Notes: a model not told the origin generated them from the letters alone. DNA of 64,000 nt from Ignavibacteriota bacterium (GCA_963787835.1 CAWBEI010000002.1:1248001-1312000); one strand, 5' to 3'. Counted from the first letter of the stretch, positions 1 through 9,575 are shown. Made by a program: numbers and translations.

Positions 1-768
1 ATACGTCCCAGGCACGACATTTCCATCGGGCGCGATGAGTTGCAATTTAATGGTGTGCTCTCCTTTTGCAAGTCCTGTAATGAAATAGGGTTGCCATTTT
101 ACGATATCTGGCATGGACGTAGTATCGATCCAAACCTTCACTTTGAATTTGTCAGGAGCAAGTTCGGCGTTCGATACAAAAAAATCCAGCAGGATTTTAG
201 AATCCTCACCGGCGGTGTAGGTTCCTTTCGGTCTGGAATAGGTTAGAAGCGGTCCGTTCAGATCATTGGATCGCGCGGTATCGGCAGCCATCTTTCCAAC
301 ATAAAACGTGCGCGTTGAGAACGCACGAGGTGATTTAATGCTCTCATGCCATGAGAAGGATGGAAACGCCCGAATCGTGTGCCTCCCGGGAGCAAGTACG
401 CCAATATTAAAAGGCTCCCCACTTTTGTAATTTGCCATGTACGGCTTTTCGTCAACGATCACATGGATGTGCTGGCCTTGCTTTGAGTATGCAATGCCGA
501 GCGTACTATCTCCTTCGGTATGGACCCCCAGGGTGGTACCAGAGACTTGCATAACCACCTTTACGGAATCCGAGGCATTTTTCAAAACTTCTCCTTCTTT
601 CGGTGTGACAATGCTCAGCGAAACGTCTGGATAGGTATGCTGCGGCGCTGGAACGAGTGCAACGTGTGCCGTCGTATCGACGGGAGCCTGTTGCTCGTGT
701 TTGCCACAGGAAATGAGACTGGTTGAAAGAAGTGCTGTTAAAAAAATGACGGAAAAAGTTTTGTTCAT
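1..768 (-). CDS. Conserved lipoprotein, partial (runs off the left edge; missing from the ORF track)
   Basis: Manual translation from ATG at 768: MNKTFSVIFLTALLSTSLISC (lipobox), then GQHIHVIVDEKPY...GRHTIRAFPSFSWHESIK...LTYSRPKGTY...ILLDFF. The frame is open to base 1. Confidence 0.8.
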   Translation of the reverse strand, partial: MNKTFSVIFLTALLSTSLISCGKHEQQAPVDTTAHVALVPAPQHTYPDVSLSIVTPKEGEVLKNASDSVKVVMQVSGTTLGVHTEGDSTLGIAYSKQGQHIHVIVDEKPYMANYKSGEPFNIGVLAPGRHTIRAFPSFSWHESIKSPRAFSTRTFYVGKMAADTARSNDLNGPLLTYSRPKGTYTAGEDSKILLDFFVSNAELAPDKFKVKVWIDTTSMPDIVKWQPYFITGLAKGEHTIKLQLIAPDGNVVPGTY

Positions 769-903
769 GATTATTGACCTCAAAGGTATTGTCCGACATA
801 CGGAGTATTGGTTTTTATGTAACACTATGTTTGCTCTGTTAGTGTGACGCTCTCAGTGTGTTGTAAACGAATCCCTCCGCTCAATATTCCGTACACCTTC
901 AAG

Positions 904-2241
904 ATGACGCTTCAGCCTGTTGCCATAAAGCGGTCCGTTTTTAGCTTGTTTGCGGGAACATTCCGTTCCCTGCGTCATCGCAATTACCGGCTGTTCTTTA
1001 TTGGCCAACTGATCTCGCTCATTGGGACGTGGCTTCAAAATACGGCGCTGTCGTGGCTTGTCTATTCCATAACGAAAGACCCCATGATGCTGGGCATCAT
1101 GAGCTTTCTCGGATCGATTCCCATTTTATTCTTATCGCTCATTGCCGGAACGGTCGCCGATGAACATCCCAAACGCCGAATACTTGTTATCACCCAGGCC
1201 TCTGCTGCGGTGCAGGCGATTCTGCTCGCGGTCGCGATCTGGACCCACAGCGTGACGGTCATCGTGATCGGTTCAGCTAATCTATTGCTCGGGATCATTA
1301 ATGCGTTCGATATGCCAACGCGGCAGTCCTTCGTCGTTGAAATGGCAAGCAAGGAAGATGTGACGAACGCCGTTGCGCTGAACTCTGCCATTTTTAATGC
1401 AGCGCGTCTTCTCGGTCCGGCCTTTGCGGGATATATTATCTACGCACTTTCTATCGACATGTGCTTCTTCCTGAACGGCATATCGTATATTGCCGTCATC
1501 ATCGGTCTTCTGATGATGCGTTTCAACCGCCCGCAGGTAAGAACTCGTTCCAGCGAGGTCTCGCGTATGGGAGCCATGAAGGAGGGCGTTACGTACCTTT
1601 ACTCGGTCCCGCAACTTCGCGCGCTGATGTTCCTTGTTATTGGAATGACGCTTTTTGGATGGAGCTATACGGTGAATCTTCCAGTGGTCGCCGGGCACTT
1701 GCTGCATGGCGGATCTTCCACCTATAGCGCATTGCTATCCGCGAATGGCGCGGGTGCATTGCTCGCGGCGCTATCGCAAGCTGCCTTGGCCGGAAAGCTC
1801 GATTCACGGAAGATGCTATTTACGGGGCTTGCCGTTTTTATACTCGCGCTTGTTGGGATCTCGTTTGCCCATAGCCTGACGGTATCGGTGATCTTGCTCC
1901 TGTTGATCGGGTGGGGTCTCATTACATTCTTTATCACAGCAAATACAACGCTTCAACGGCGTGTGCCGGATGAACTTCGTGGCCGCGTGATGAGCATTTA
2001 TTCTTTCGCGTTTGCGGGACTGTTCCCATTCGGAAGTTTGCTGGCCGGTTGGGTCGCTTCGACCTTTGGAGTTGCAGATGCGTTTCGGTTGAATGCATTG
2101 CTGCTTACATGCTTTGCAGTCCCGGCATTTTTGTTCATTCGAAAGCTCCCGAGACTTTCGACCACGCGAGCAGAATCGGTTCGGGAAATGCTCGCAGGGG
2201 AGCGGGAAGCCATCGAAGCGGAACAGATTTCACGAGGATAG
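904..2241 (+). CDS. MFS transporter (MFS_3/DUF894-like)
   Basis: About 12 hydrophobic segments, with FRSLRHRNYRLFFIGQLISLIGTW and NAFDMPTRQSFV motifs. ATG 904 preferred over GTG 844. Confidence 0.9.
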   Translation: MTLQPVAIKRSVFSLFAGTFRSLRHRNYRLFFIGQLISLIGTWLQNTALSWLVYSITKDPMMLGIMSFLGSIPILFLSLIAGTVADEHPKRRILVITQASAAVQAILLAVAIWTHSVTVIVIGSANLLLGIINAFDMPTRQSFVVEMASKEDVTNAVALNSAIFNAARLLGPAFAGYIIYALSIDMCFFLNGISYIAVIIGLLMMRFNRPQVRTRSSEVSRMGAMKEGVTYLYSVPQLRALMFLVIGMTLFGWSYTVNLPVVAGHLLHGGSSTYSALLSANGAGALLAALSQAALAGKLDSRKMLFTGLAVFILALVGISFAHSLTVSVILLLLIGWGLITFFITANTTLQRRVPDELRGRVMSIYSFAFAGLFPFGSLLAGWVASTFGVADAFRLNALLLTCFAVPAFLFIRKLPRLSTTRAESVREMLAGEREAIEAEQISRG

Positions 2242-2281
2242 GCTTTTATAGAGATATGGGAGTTCTGTCAATCGTTTTGTC

Positions 2282-2695
2282 ATGATCGCCTCCATACTGT
2301 TGAAAGCAATGGCAGTCGGCTTACCGGATGATGTAAGCTCGGCGATCATTGGCCTTTTTTTTGGATTGATCTGTGGCCTGTTCTATTACCAGCATTATTA
2401 CAAGCCGTATTTCTGGGCATTTTCGCTGCTCGGGGGGCTTTTTTTTACGATGGCGTCCCACGCATTGTTCCTTCGGCGCTTTAACGTAAACGAAACGGCT
2501 TCCATCTGGCTTGTTATAGCATCTTTTTTGGTTCCATTCGCGCTGACCTTAGCGCTGAATCAGGGATTATATCGTATCAAGCATAACCGGCGAAAGCGAA
2601 GAATGAAATTGCGGCGGCCCACTCATTTTTTTGAAGTCATCGAGCCTACTGATACGGAGCAAGCCACGGAAACAGGGAAGGATATTTCACGTTGA
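2282..2695 (+). CDS. Hypothetical membrane protein
   Basis: Three hydrophobic helices and a basic tail; TTGA overlap with the next gene. Confidence 0.65.
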   Translation: MIASILLKAMAVGLPDDVSSAIIGLFFGLICGLFYYQHYYKPYFWAFSLLGGLFFTMASHALFLRRFNVNETASIWLVIASFLVPFALTLALNQGLYRIKHNRRKRRMKLRRPTHFFEVIEPTDTEQATETGKDISR

Positions 2696-3042
2696 GATAC
2701 ATCATTGCAATTGGGATAGTGGCAATGCTGGCAGGCTGCTCGGTCGCGCCGCCGGTTCAGGAGCACATGATTATCGCTCCGCACTCCATGGTGCTTTCCG
2801 TTTCCACTCCTGATTCGAGCGTTTCCATTACCCATTCCTGTACCTGCCCGTTCTCGTGGAACGCAACGGTCTCTCCGGTCTCACCGTGGCTTAGTTTTCC
2901 GGCCTCCCAGACCGGCGATAAATCGGATGTTCCGATCTCGATCGACTCCGCGCTCTTAACGGCAGATACCAATCGGGCAACTATTGTGATCGCCTCGAAT
3001 AGTTACGGCGAGGATTCGATCGTTGTTACGGCGATCAAATAA
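2692..3042 (+). CDS. Small lipoprotein, BACON/Ig-like domain
   Basis: LAGC lipobox; beta-rich W..P.WL pattern typical of BACON domains. Confidence 0.65.
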   Translation: MRYIIAIGIVAMLAGCSVAPPVQEHMIIAPHSMVLSVSTPDSSVSITHSCTCPFSWNATVSPVSPWLSFPASQTGDKSDVPISIDSALLTADTNRATIVIASNSYGEDSIVVTAIK

Positions 3043-3047
3043 ATCCC

Positions 3048-3773
3048 TTACGTAAGCATTTCCAACACGCGCCGCTCGGATTCTTTCGTTATGCGCACTT
3101 CTTCAGCGCGTTTTTCCGATGGTGAGTCTGCGGACACCTGGCGAATCTCAATCGGTTCTCCTATCCGGATCTCAGCGGAATATCCCCAGTTCGGGAGCCA
3201 TTTTTGACGAGGCAAAATTTGATAGGATCCGATCAGCGCAACCGGCACAACGGGTACGTTGGCTTCCCGCGCTAAGTGAAATGCCCCACGCTTGAAGGAT
3301 TGCATGGTTCCATTGGGCGTTCGCGTTCCTTCCGGAAAAAAGAGAACAGATGCGCCGTTTCGAATCCGCTCGATGGCTTTTCCGATCGTTCGCTGCGCCT
3401 TTATGGGATTGGAACGATCGAGAACGAGAAATGGGCTGACCAGCAGCGCCCATCCCCAGATCGGAATGCGCGTTAGGGAACTTCGTAGCGTAAGCCGAAG
3501 ATTATCCGGAATATAGGCCAACAAAAGCGGGATGTCCATCAGGCTTGAATGATTTGCCGCATACACATAGTTTTGCCCTTTTTTGATATGCTCCGCTCCC
3601 GTAAGCTTTACGCGAACACCAAAGGATATCAGACACGATCTGCTCCAGATCTTTGCTAACCAAAGATAGCTTTTCCCGCTTGGATCGATGAGTGAGACGA
3701 CGACGGAAACGATCGAGCAAATAATGGTCGAAACGAGAAAAAGAATGGCACCTACAATGGAAAGTACGATCAC
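3048..3773 (-). CDS. plsC: 1-acyl-sn-glycerol-3-phosphate acyltransferase
   Basis: NHSSLMD and FFPEGTRT acyltransferase motifs. Confidence 0.9.
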   Translation of the reverse strand: MIVLSIVGAILFLVSTIICSIVSVVVSLIDPSGKSYLWLAKIWSRSCLISFGVRVKLTGAEHIKKGQNYVYAANHSSLMDIPLLLAYIPDNLRLTLRSSLTRIPIWGWALLVSPFLVLDRSNPIKAQRTIGKAIERIRNGASVLFFPEGTRTPNGTMQSFKRGAFHLAREANVPVVPVALIGSYQILPRQKWLPNWGYSAEIRIGEPIEIRQVSADSPSEKRAEEVRITKESERRVLEMLT

Positions 3774-4390
3774 TGGAGGGTTTCCAGTCTCTTCAAATTC
3801 ATCGACTCCACCAATCGGCGTACTTCATTGATACTTTCTGCTCCATCCTCCACAACCGTTACCACATATCTATTTCCTGGAAAGATCGTGATCTCTCCAT
3901 GCGGTTCCTTCTTATCCATTGATTGGACGGCCCGATAGCCAGCAATGGAAGTCGTTTCGGTTCGCTCATCATTGTTATCGTCAAGATAGACTCCCTTAAA
4001 TTTTTGCCACGGATCGTAAAGATACGGCACGTATGCAAAGTCATCGATCTGAACTTTAAGTTTTTTCGTACCCATGACCAGAGTTTCTGCCACACGCGAG
4101 CGGTTAAAATTCTCTCGTACCTGGATCTCTTTTTCGATCTCGCCCTGGGGCGTCCAGCCCGGAAGCGTGGGAAGGAATGTTGCAAGCTGATCGGGTTCGA
4201 TCGCTTTAGCCATCGGCGGGAGGTTCGATCGCAGGGTATCGGCTTTCGGGGTGGTGTCGATCGGGGGCGGTTTCAATGCCGCAGAATCGCTCGTAGGCCG
4301 GAGAGAATCCAGCGACCCCGGAAGCTGCTCGTTCCGGCGGCAGCCGGACGCGATGCTAAGAAAAATGCAAAGTGTTAGTAAATATTTCAT
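3770..4390 (-). CDS. Hypothetical lipoprotein
   Basis: ASGC lipobox and Pro-rich linker; 4-nt overlaps with both neighbours. Confidence 0.75.
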   Translation of the reverse strand: MKYLLTLCIFLSIASGCRRNEQLPGSLDSLRPTSDSAALKPPPIDTTPKADTLRSNLPPMAKAIEPDQLATFLPTLPGWTPQGEIEKEIQVRENFNRSRVAETLVMGTKKLKVQIDDFAYVPYLYDPWQKFKGVYLDDNNDERTETTSIAGYRAVQSMDKKEPHGEITIFPGNRYVVTVVEDGAESINEVRRLVESMNLKRLETLQ

Positions 4391-5163
4391 ATTCCCATCA
4401 TGCGATTGAGAAAATGTGCGCCTATCCAGAACAGGAGCATTCCCAGAAACACTAAGATAGGGCCACTACGTCCCCGAAGAAACGAGAGATCATGATTGCT
4501 TCGACGGTTGATCTCAGGAATAAGGTCTGCTGCGCCGACATAAACGGCACTGCCCGCACTGAACGCAAACAAGAAGCCGATCATCCGCGCATCGATAGAG
4601 ACGAACAGCAAAACGAAGAGTGCTCCAGCTAACGTGGCAGCGGGAAGCATGAAGGTTGCCGTTCGCGTTGCGCGTCTGGAACTGTGCCCGGCATGCATGA
4701 CACTTGCAACGGTCAGACCTTCGGGCACTTTGTGCAACAGGACGGCGGTAAAGACAAGGATACCAATGCTGGACTTTGCCTGCGTTGCCGCGCAAATAGC
4801 CATTCCATCAAAGAACGCGTGGACTGCAAGCCCACCAATGGCTCCGAACACTGAATGCGATGCAAGTACCGCCTCTTTATGCGTTTCCTCTCCGAAGTGC
4901 ATGTGGCCAGCGAGAATATGTTCGAAAAAATGCAGCGCGCTAAATCCGATGAGCATAGCCAACAACGCAAAATCGTTCCTGTTGGTGAGTGCAATGCTTT
5001 CCGGGATCAGTTCAAGGAATGCCAGTGCCAGTAAAAATCCCGCACCGATCGCAAGCAATGCTCCTTCCACGGCTTTCGGCCATCCTTTTTTTCGCTGCAC
5101 GAGCAAACCGCCGCTCATTTGAGCGACCGCCGCGATCAGGGAAAGGACAACTCCGAGGATCAG
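4387..5163 (-). CDS. ZIP family divalent metal transporter (probable CTG start at 5163; first ATG at 5118)
   Basis: HAFFDG and LLHKVPEG metal-binding helices and a His-rich loop. The upstream in-frame LILGVVLSLIAAVAQ supplies TM1. Confidence 0.85.
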   Translation of the reverse strand: MILGVVLSLIAAVAQMSGGLLVQRKKGWPKAVEGALLAIGAGFLLALAFLELIPESIALTNRNDFALLAMLIGFSALHFFEHILAGHMHFGEETHKEAVLASHSVFGAIGGLAVHAFFDGMAICAATQAKSSIGILVFTAVLLHKVPEGLTVASVMHAGHSSRRATRTATFMLPAATLAGALFVLLFVSIDARMIGFLFAFSAGSAVYVGAADLIPEINRRSNHDLSFLRGRSGPILVFLGMLLFWIGAHFLNRMMGI

Positions 5164-5636
5164 AATTCCCCCAACAGGAGCTTATCTCCAACGAGATAGA
5201 AGACCCAGCTTACTCTCCGTTGCTTTTTCCCATTGAGATGCACGATCTGAGAGATGTGTTTTTGTCCCGAAGGAGTGTCTTTCGTTTTAAATACCGTGTA
5301 GTAATCTCGGCGAGTATCAGGGAAATCATGAAAGAGCTGGGCTATTTTTTGAAGCGTGCTGGTGACGTACGCTCGTTCAGTAGAATCATTTGGATTTGCA
5401 GCTCGCAGCCATTGTTTGCTGGTATCCTTTATCGCGATCAGTGGCGCAGCACTATCGATGTTATTCGTAGCGGCGTAGCCTTTCAGATCCATGATGTGGC
5501 CGAATACCATGTCCGAAAGCGAGTCGCGGACCATTTGGGAAAGCATTACAATATCCGTGCGCGGCTTGTTGCCAAGGCCACCCTGCGCGAATGTGAGAGA
5601 TGGAAATAATAGAATTAGGAATATAAATTTCTTCAT
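5160..5636 (-). CDS. Hypothetical exported protein
   Basis: Signal peptide MKKFIFLILLFPSLTFA-Q. Confidence 0.7.
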   Translation of the reverse strand: MKKFIFLILLFPSLTFAQGGLGNKPRTDIVMLSQMVRDSLSDMVFGHIMDLKGYAATNNIDSAAPLIAIKDTSKQWLRAANPNDSTERAYVTSTLQKIAQLFHDFPDTRRDYYTVFKTKDTPSGQKHISQIVHLNGKKQRRVSWVFYLVGDKLLLGEF

Positions 5637-5654
5637 AAGTAAGAAAAGAAACGT

Positions 5655-5679
5655 GTAGCACCGGGAGTATACTCCCGTG
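5655..5679. repeat. Single GTAG-type REP-like palindrome
   Basis: GTAGCACCGGGAGTATACTCCCGTG in a divergent intergenic region. Confidence 0.5.
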
Positions 5680-5727
5680 GAAAGGATAGAATGTTGACGA
5701 ATCAGAGCACACGAATGTTATTATATC

Positions 5728-7212
5728 ATGCCTCCAAAATTTCAAAACTATATAGCCGGCGCCTGGTACGACTCCGCCAATGGCCGCATCTTCGAAAATC
5801 GTGATCCTGCAAATTGGAACGAAGTACTTGGCACGTTTCCATTTTCGACAAAAGAGGATGTGGATCGAGCTGCCAAAGCAGCCCTCGAAGCATTTCGCAA
5901 GTGGCGGCTTGTGCCCGCACCGGAACGTGGCGATATTCTGCGCCGAGCTGGTGACATTATGCTCCGCCGCAAGAATGAGATCGCGGAGATCATGACGCGT
6001 GAGATGGGTAAGCCGCTCACAGAAACGAAAGGAGATGTGCAAGAAGGGATCGATACAGCATTCTATTGTGCAAGCGAAGGCCGGCGTTTTTTCGGCATTA
6101 ACACTCCCAGCGAACTTCGGAATAAACTGAATCTTTCGTTTCGTGTTCCGATCGGGGTGTGTGGCCTTATTACTCCGTGGAACTTCCCAATGGCGATACC
6201 AACGTGGAATATCTTCCCTGGCCTCGTCGCTGGCAATACATTCGTTTTCAAACCTGCCGAAGATACTCCATGGATAGCAAATATTCTCGTTGAAATTCTG
6301 ATCGAAGCAGGATTACCGAAAGGATGTTTGAATCTTGTCCATGGCGCGGGTGATGTTGTGGGTGCGGGGATTATAGACCATCCTATCGTTCGCGCTGTGA
6401 GTTTTACGGGCTCGAACGCGACGGGTGCGATCGTTGCGCAATCGTGCGGCTTGCAAACAAAGCATGTGTGCCTCGAAATGGGTGGCAAGAACGCCCAGAT
6501 CGTGATGGACGATGCGAACCTCGATCTTGCGGTCGAGGGCGCTCTTTGGGGCGCGTTCGGCACCACCGGCCAGCGTTGTACGGCAACTTCGCGGCTTATT
6601 CTTCACGAAAAAATTCATGATGTAATGGTAGAGCGGCTTGTAAAGCAAGCGTCGAAACTCCGATTAGGAAATGGATTGGATGCCACAACCGATGTTGGCC
6701 CCATCATCAATGAAAAGCAACGAAAGAATATCGAGCGATATGTGAAGATCGGAAAAGAAGAGGGCGCGAAGTGTACCCTCGGAGGTGAAATTCCCAAAGA
6801 CGAGAAATTTAACAATGGATGGTTCTTTCAACCGACTATCTTTACGGAAGTAACGCCAGAGATGCGTATTGCAAAGGAAGAAATATTCGGGCCAGTGCTT
6901 TCCGTATTAAAATGCTCATCGCTTGAAGAAGCAATTGAGATCAATAATTCGGTGATCTACGGGCTTTCATCAAGCATTTACACGCAGGATATTAACCATG
7001 CCATGCTTGCTGTGCAAGACATCGAAGCAGGCATTACCTATATCAATGCTGCGACGATCGGCGCTGAAGCGCACATGCCGTTCGGGGGAGTGAAAGCCAC
7101 TGGCAATGGGCATCGCGAGGGTGGATGGGCCGTATTCGATTTTTACACCGAATGGAAATCGGTCTATATCGACTATAGCGGCAAGCTCCAACGCGCGCAA
7201 ATTGATGTTTGA
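5728..7212 (+). CDS. NAD-dependent aldehyde dehydrogenase
   Basis: ITPWNFP, SFTGS, LEMGGKN, catalytic GQRCT, EEIFGP and PFGG motifs. Confidence 0.95.
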   Translation: MPPKFQNYIAGAWYDSANGRIFENRDPANWNEVLGTFPFSTKEDVDRAAKAALEAFRKWRLVPAPERGDILRRAGDIMLRRKNEIAEIMTREMGKPLTETKGDVQEGIDTAFYCASEGRRFFGINTPSELRNKLNLSFRVPIGVCGLITPWNFPMAIPTWNIFPGLVAGNTFVFKPAEDTPWIANILVEILIEAGLPKGCLNLVHGAGDVVGAGIIDHPIVRAVSFTGSNATGAIVAQSCGLQTKHVCLEMGGKNAQIVMDDANLDLAVEGALWGAFGTTGQRCTATSRLILHEKIHDVMVERLVKQASKLRLGNGLDATTDVGPIINEKQRKNIERYVKIGKEEGAKCTLGGEIPKDEKFNNGWFFQPTIFTEVTPEMRIAKEEIFGPVLSVLKCSSLEEAIEINNSVIYGLSSSIYTQDINHAMLAVQDIEAGITYINAATIGAEAHMPFGGVKATGNGHREGGWAVFDFYTEWKSVYIDYSGKLQRAQIDV

Positions 7213-7214
7213 GC

Positions 7215-7369
7215 GAACGCGGATTACGCGTATGATGCGGATTTTCAGGATGAACTGTCAATCTAATAACATTTGTTGAAGGCTTACGTTATACAGGCGC
7301 GGTGGGTTTGTTCAAGATAATCCCAATAATCAATCCGCGTAATCCGCATCATCCGCGTAATCCAGGTTC
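7215..7369. repeat. Inverted pair of 9-nt periodic (GGATTACGC-like) arms with no cargo gene
   Basis: 7215 GAACGCGGATTACGCGTATGATGCGGATT versus the reverse complement of 7341-7369, GAACCTGGATTACGCGGATGATGCGGATT (3 mismatches in 29). Confidence 0.8.
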
Positions 7370-7373
7370 TCCC

Positions 7374-8531
7374 ATGAATTTTCAATACTCCGAAGACCAC
7401 ATTGCCATCCGAGACGCTGCCCGAGAATTTGCTGAAAATGAAATTGCTTCTTCTGCCGTCGAGCGTGATAAGACCGGCGAATTTCCAACTGAGATCGTCC
7501 AAAAGTTAGGAGAGCTTGGCTTTCTGGGTATGATGGTCTCACCTGAGTGGGGCGGTGCCGGGCTTGATGCTGTGAGCTACGTGCTTGCGCTTGAAGAGAT
7601 CGCGAAAATAGATGCGAGTGTTGCCGTTATTATGTCGGTCAATAATTCGCTCGTCTGCTGGGTGATTGATACCTTCGGCACGGGCGATCAGAAGGAACGA
7701 TTCCTGCGTCCGCTTGCAACAGGCCAGAAACTTGGTGCTTATTGCCTTAGCGAACCTGGAATTGGTTCCGATGCAACCCAGCAGGCAACGACCGCTCAAT
7801 TGCAAGCCGATGGAAGTTATCTTCTTAATGGTGCGAAGAACTGGATCACCAACGGGACTACCGCAGATCACTACATTGTGTTTGCGCAGAGCGATGCATC
7901 CAAAGGCCATCGCGGAATTACGTGTTTCCTGATCGATAAAGGAATGCCGGGGTTTGAGCAGGGGCTTAAAGAGGATAAGCTTGGTATCCGATCCAGCGAT
8001 ACGTGTTCACTTGGATTTACTGACGTGAGAGTGTCGGCAGACCGTGTCATTGGTGAAGATGGCCAGGGCTTCAAGATCGCGATGGAAACGCTGAATGGCG
8101 GCCGCATCGGAATAGCTGCACAGGCGTTAGGTATCGCAAGCGGTGCGATGGATAAAGCAATTCGATACACGTTCGAACGTCATGCCTTTGGTAAGCCGAT
8201 CAATCAATTGCAGGCGATCCAGTTCAAACTTGCCGATATGCAGGTGAAAGTCGAGGCTGCCCGTATGCTCATACTTCGTGCCGCTCGAACCAAGGATGCC
8301 GGCGAGAACTATATTAAAGAGGCGGCGATGGCAAAACTCTATGCATCAACCATTGCGATGGAAGTAGCGAATCAAGCCATTCAGGTGCATGGTGGCTATG
8401 GCTACGTCCGCGAGTATTTGATGGAGCGAGCACTGCGCGATGCGAAGATCACCGAGATCTACGAAGGCACCAGCGAGATCCAGCATATCGTGATCGCACG
8501 GCAACTATTGAAAGAATACGAGAATAATTAA
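7374..8531 (+). CDS. Acyl-CoA dehydrogenase (short-chain type)
   Basis: YCLSEPG.GSD, KNWITNG, QVHGGYGY and KITEIYEGTSEIQ motifs. ATG 7374 lies just after the repeat; the GTG 7302 extension is translated repeat. Confidence 0.95.
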   Translation: MNFQYSEDHIAIRDAAREFAENEIASSAVERDKTGEFPTEIVQKLGELGFLGMMVSPEWGGAGLDAVSYVLALEEIAKIDASVAVIMSVNNSLVCWVIDTFGTGDQKERFLRPLATGQKLGAYCLSEPGIGSDATQQATTAQLQADGSYLLNGAKNWITNGTTADHYIVFAQSDASKGHRGITCFLIDKGMPGFEQGLKEDKLGIRSSDTCSLGFTDVRVSADRVIGEDGQGFKIAMETLNGGRIGIAAQALGIASGAMDKAIRYTFERHAFGKPINQLQAIQFKLADMQVKVEAARMLILRAARTKDAGENYIKEAAMAKLYASTIAMEVANQAIQVHGGYGYVREYLMERALRDAKITEIYEGTSEIQHIVIARQLLKEYENN

Positions 8532-8553
8532 GAAGTAAAAATCTCTTTTTTAT

Positions 8554-9022
8554 TGTCATCCTGAGCGGAGTTTGCCCCGACGTAGGAGGGGCAAACGTAG
8601 TCGAAGGATCTCTTGCGTCTACGATACTTTCAAAGATTTCTTATTCAGGTCAGGATTTATTTAATGTGAAAACATTTTTTGTTTACATTGTCGCCAGCCG
8701 GTCACTCGTTCTCTATATTGGAGTAACGAATGATATCCAACGTCGAATGTTCGAGCATAAAAATAAGATCGTTTCAGGTTTTACGGATAAATATGACGTG
8801 AACCGGCTTCTATATTATGAAACTTTCACGGATATTCGTCAAGCTATTCATCGGGAAAAACAATTAAAAGGCTGGACACGGTCGAAGAAGCTTGCACTAA
8901 TCACAACCACGAATGCCGATTCGAAGGAGATTGTATTTGGATGAAATTCTTGCTGTATTACAAGAGATCCTTCGACTCCGCAATGGTTCGCTCCACGAAC
9001 CGTTGCTCCGCTCAGGATGACA
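8554..9022. mobile_element. GIY-YIG cassette bounded by 62-bp REP-like inverted repeats
   Basis: Both ends read TGTCATCCTGAGCGGAG-[hairpin]-AGTCGAAGGATCTCTTG inward (8554-8615 and 8961-9022). Confidence 0.7.
8666..8944 (+). CDS. Stand-alone GIY-YIG nuclease family protein
   Basis: FVYI...LYIGVTNDIQRR..EH...AIHREKQLKGW.R.KK motifs. Confidence 0.9.
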   Translation: MKTFFVYIVASRSLVLYIGVTNDIQRRMFEHKNKIVSGFTDKYDVNRLLYYETFTDIRQAIHREKQLKGWTRSKKLALITTTNADSKEIVFG

Positions 9023-9024
9023 TT

Positions 9025-9567
9025 TTGAGAATTTCTCTTTTCTGTATCTCATTCCTTATTCTTTATTCTTCATTCTTAATTATTAATTGTAACGCTCAAA
9101 CTGCCGGCAAATACGAATTCTACCGTTATCTTCAGCAGTATGCAATTGAGATCGACCCGCTGGGTGACATTCTCGGACGCATGAGTGCACAATACGAACA
9201 GCGTCTCGACCCTAATTTTTCTCGCGCGTATGAAGTAGTCTATCAACGGAGTTTAGAGGACAAACATATCTCGGGATGGTATCCGGAATCCGGAGTTACC
9301 ATTGGGGCGATCGAGCGGATATTTCTTGTTGATAATGCTGCCTTGCTTGGGCAATATGTTGGATTGGGAGCAGGAGTCGGCCTCGTTAACAAGACGATCT
9401 CCGTACGCGCGACCGCCGAGCTTGGATATAAGATCGCCTTCGGCGGCGGAACCGGACATTACTTCATTGAACCGCGGGTCATTCTCGATTCCTATCTCAT
9501 TACGAACCGGGTCGGCCAGCGTATTCTTCCATATATTTCACTGCCTTTCGGGTACTCCTGGTGGTAG
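9025..9567 (+). CDS. Exported hypothetical protein, probable outer-membrane beta-barrel (start uncertain)
   Basis: TTG 9025 gives a signal peptide ending CNA-Q; amphipathic strands and aromatic C-terminus FGYSWW. The ATG 8941 start would run through the repeat. Confidence 0.6.
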   Translation: MRISLFCISFLILYSSFLIINCNAQTAGKYEFYRYLQQYAIEIDPLGDILGRMSAQYEQRLDPNFSRAYEVVYQRSLEDKHISGWYPESGVTIGAIERIFLVDNAALLGQYVGLGAGVGLVNKTISVRATAELGYKIAFGGGTGHYFIEPRVILDSYLITNRVGQRILPYISLPFGYSWW

Positions 9568-9575
9568 AAATTCGC

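Noticed and set aside
506-799. 97-aa ORF from the track
   Set aside because: Wrong frame; the real gene is the lipoprotein starting at 768 and running off the window.
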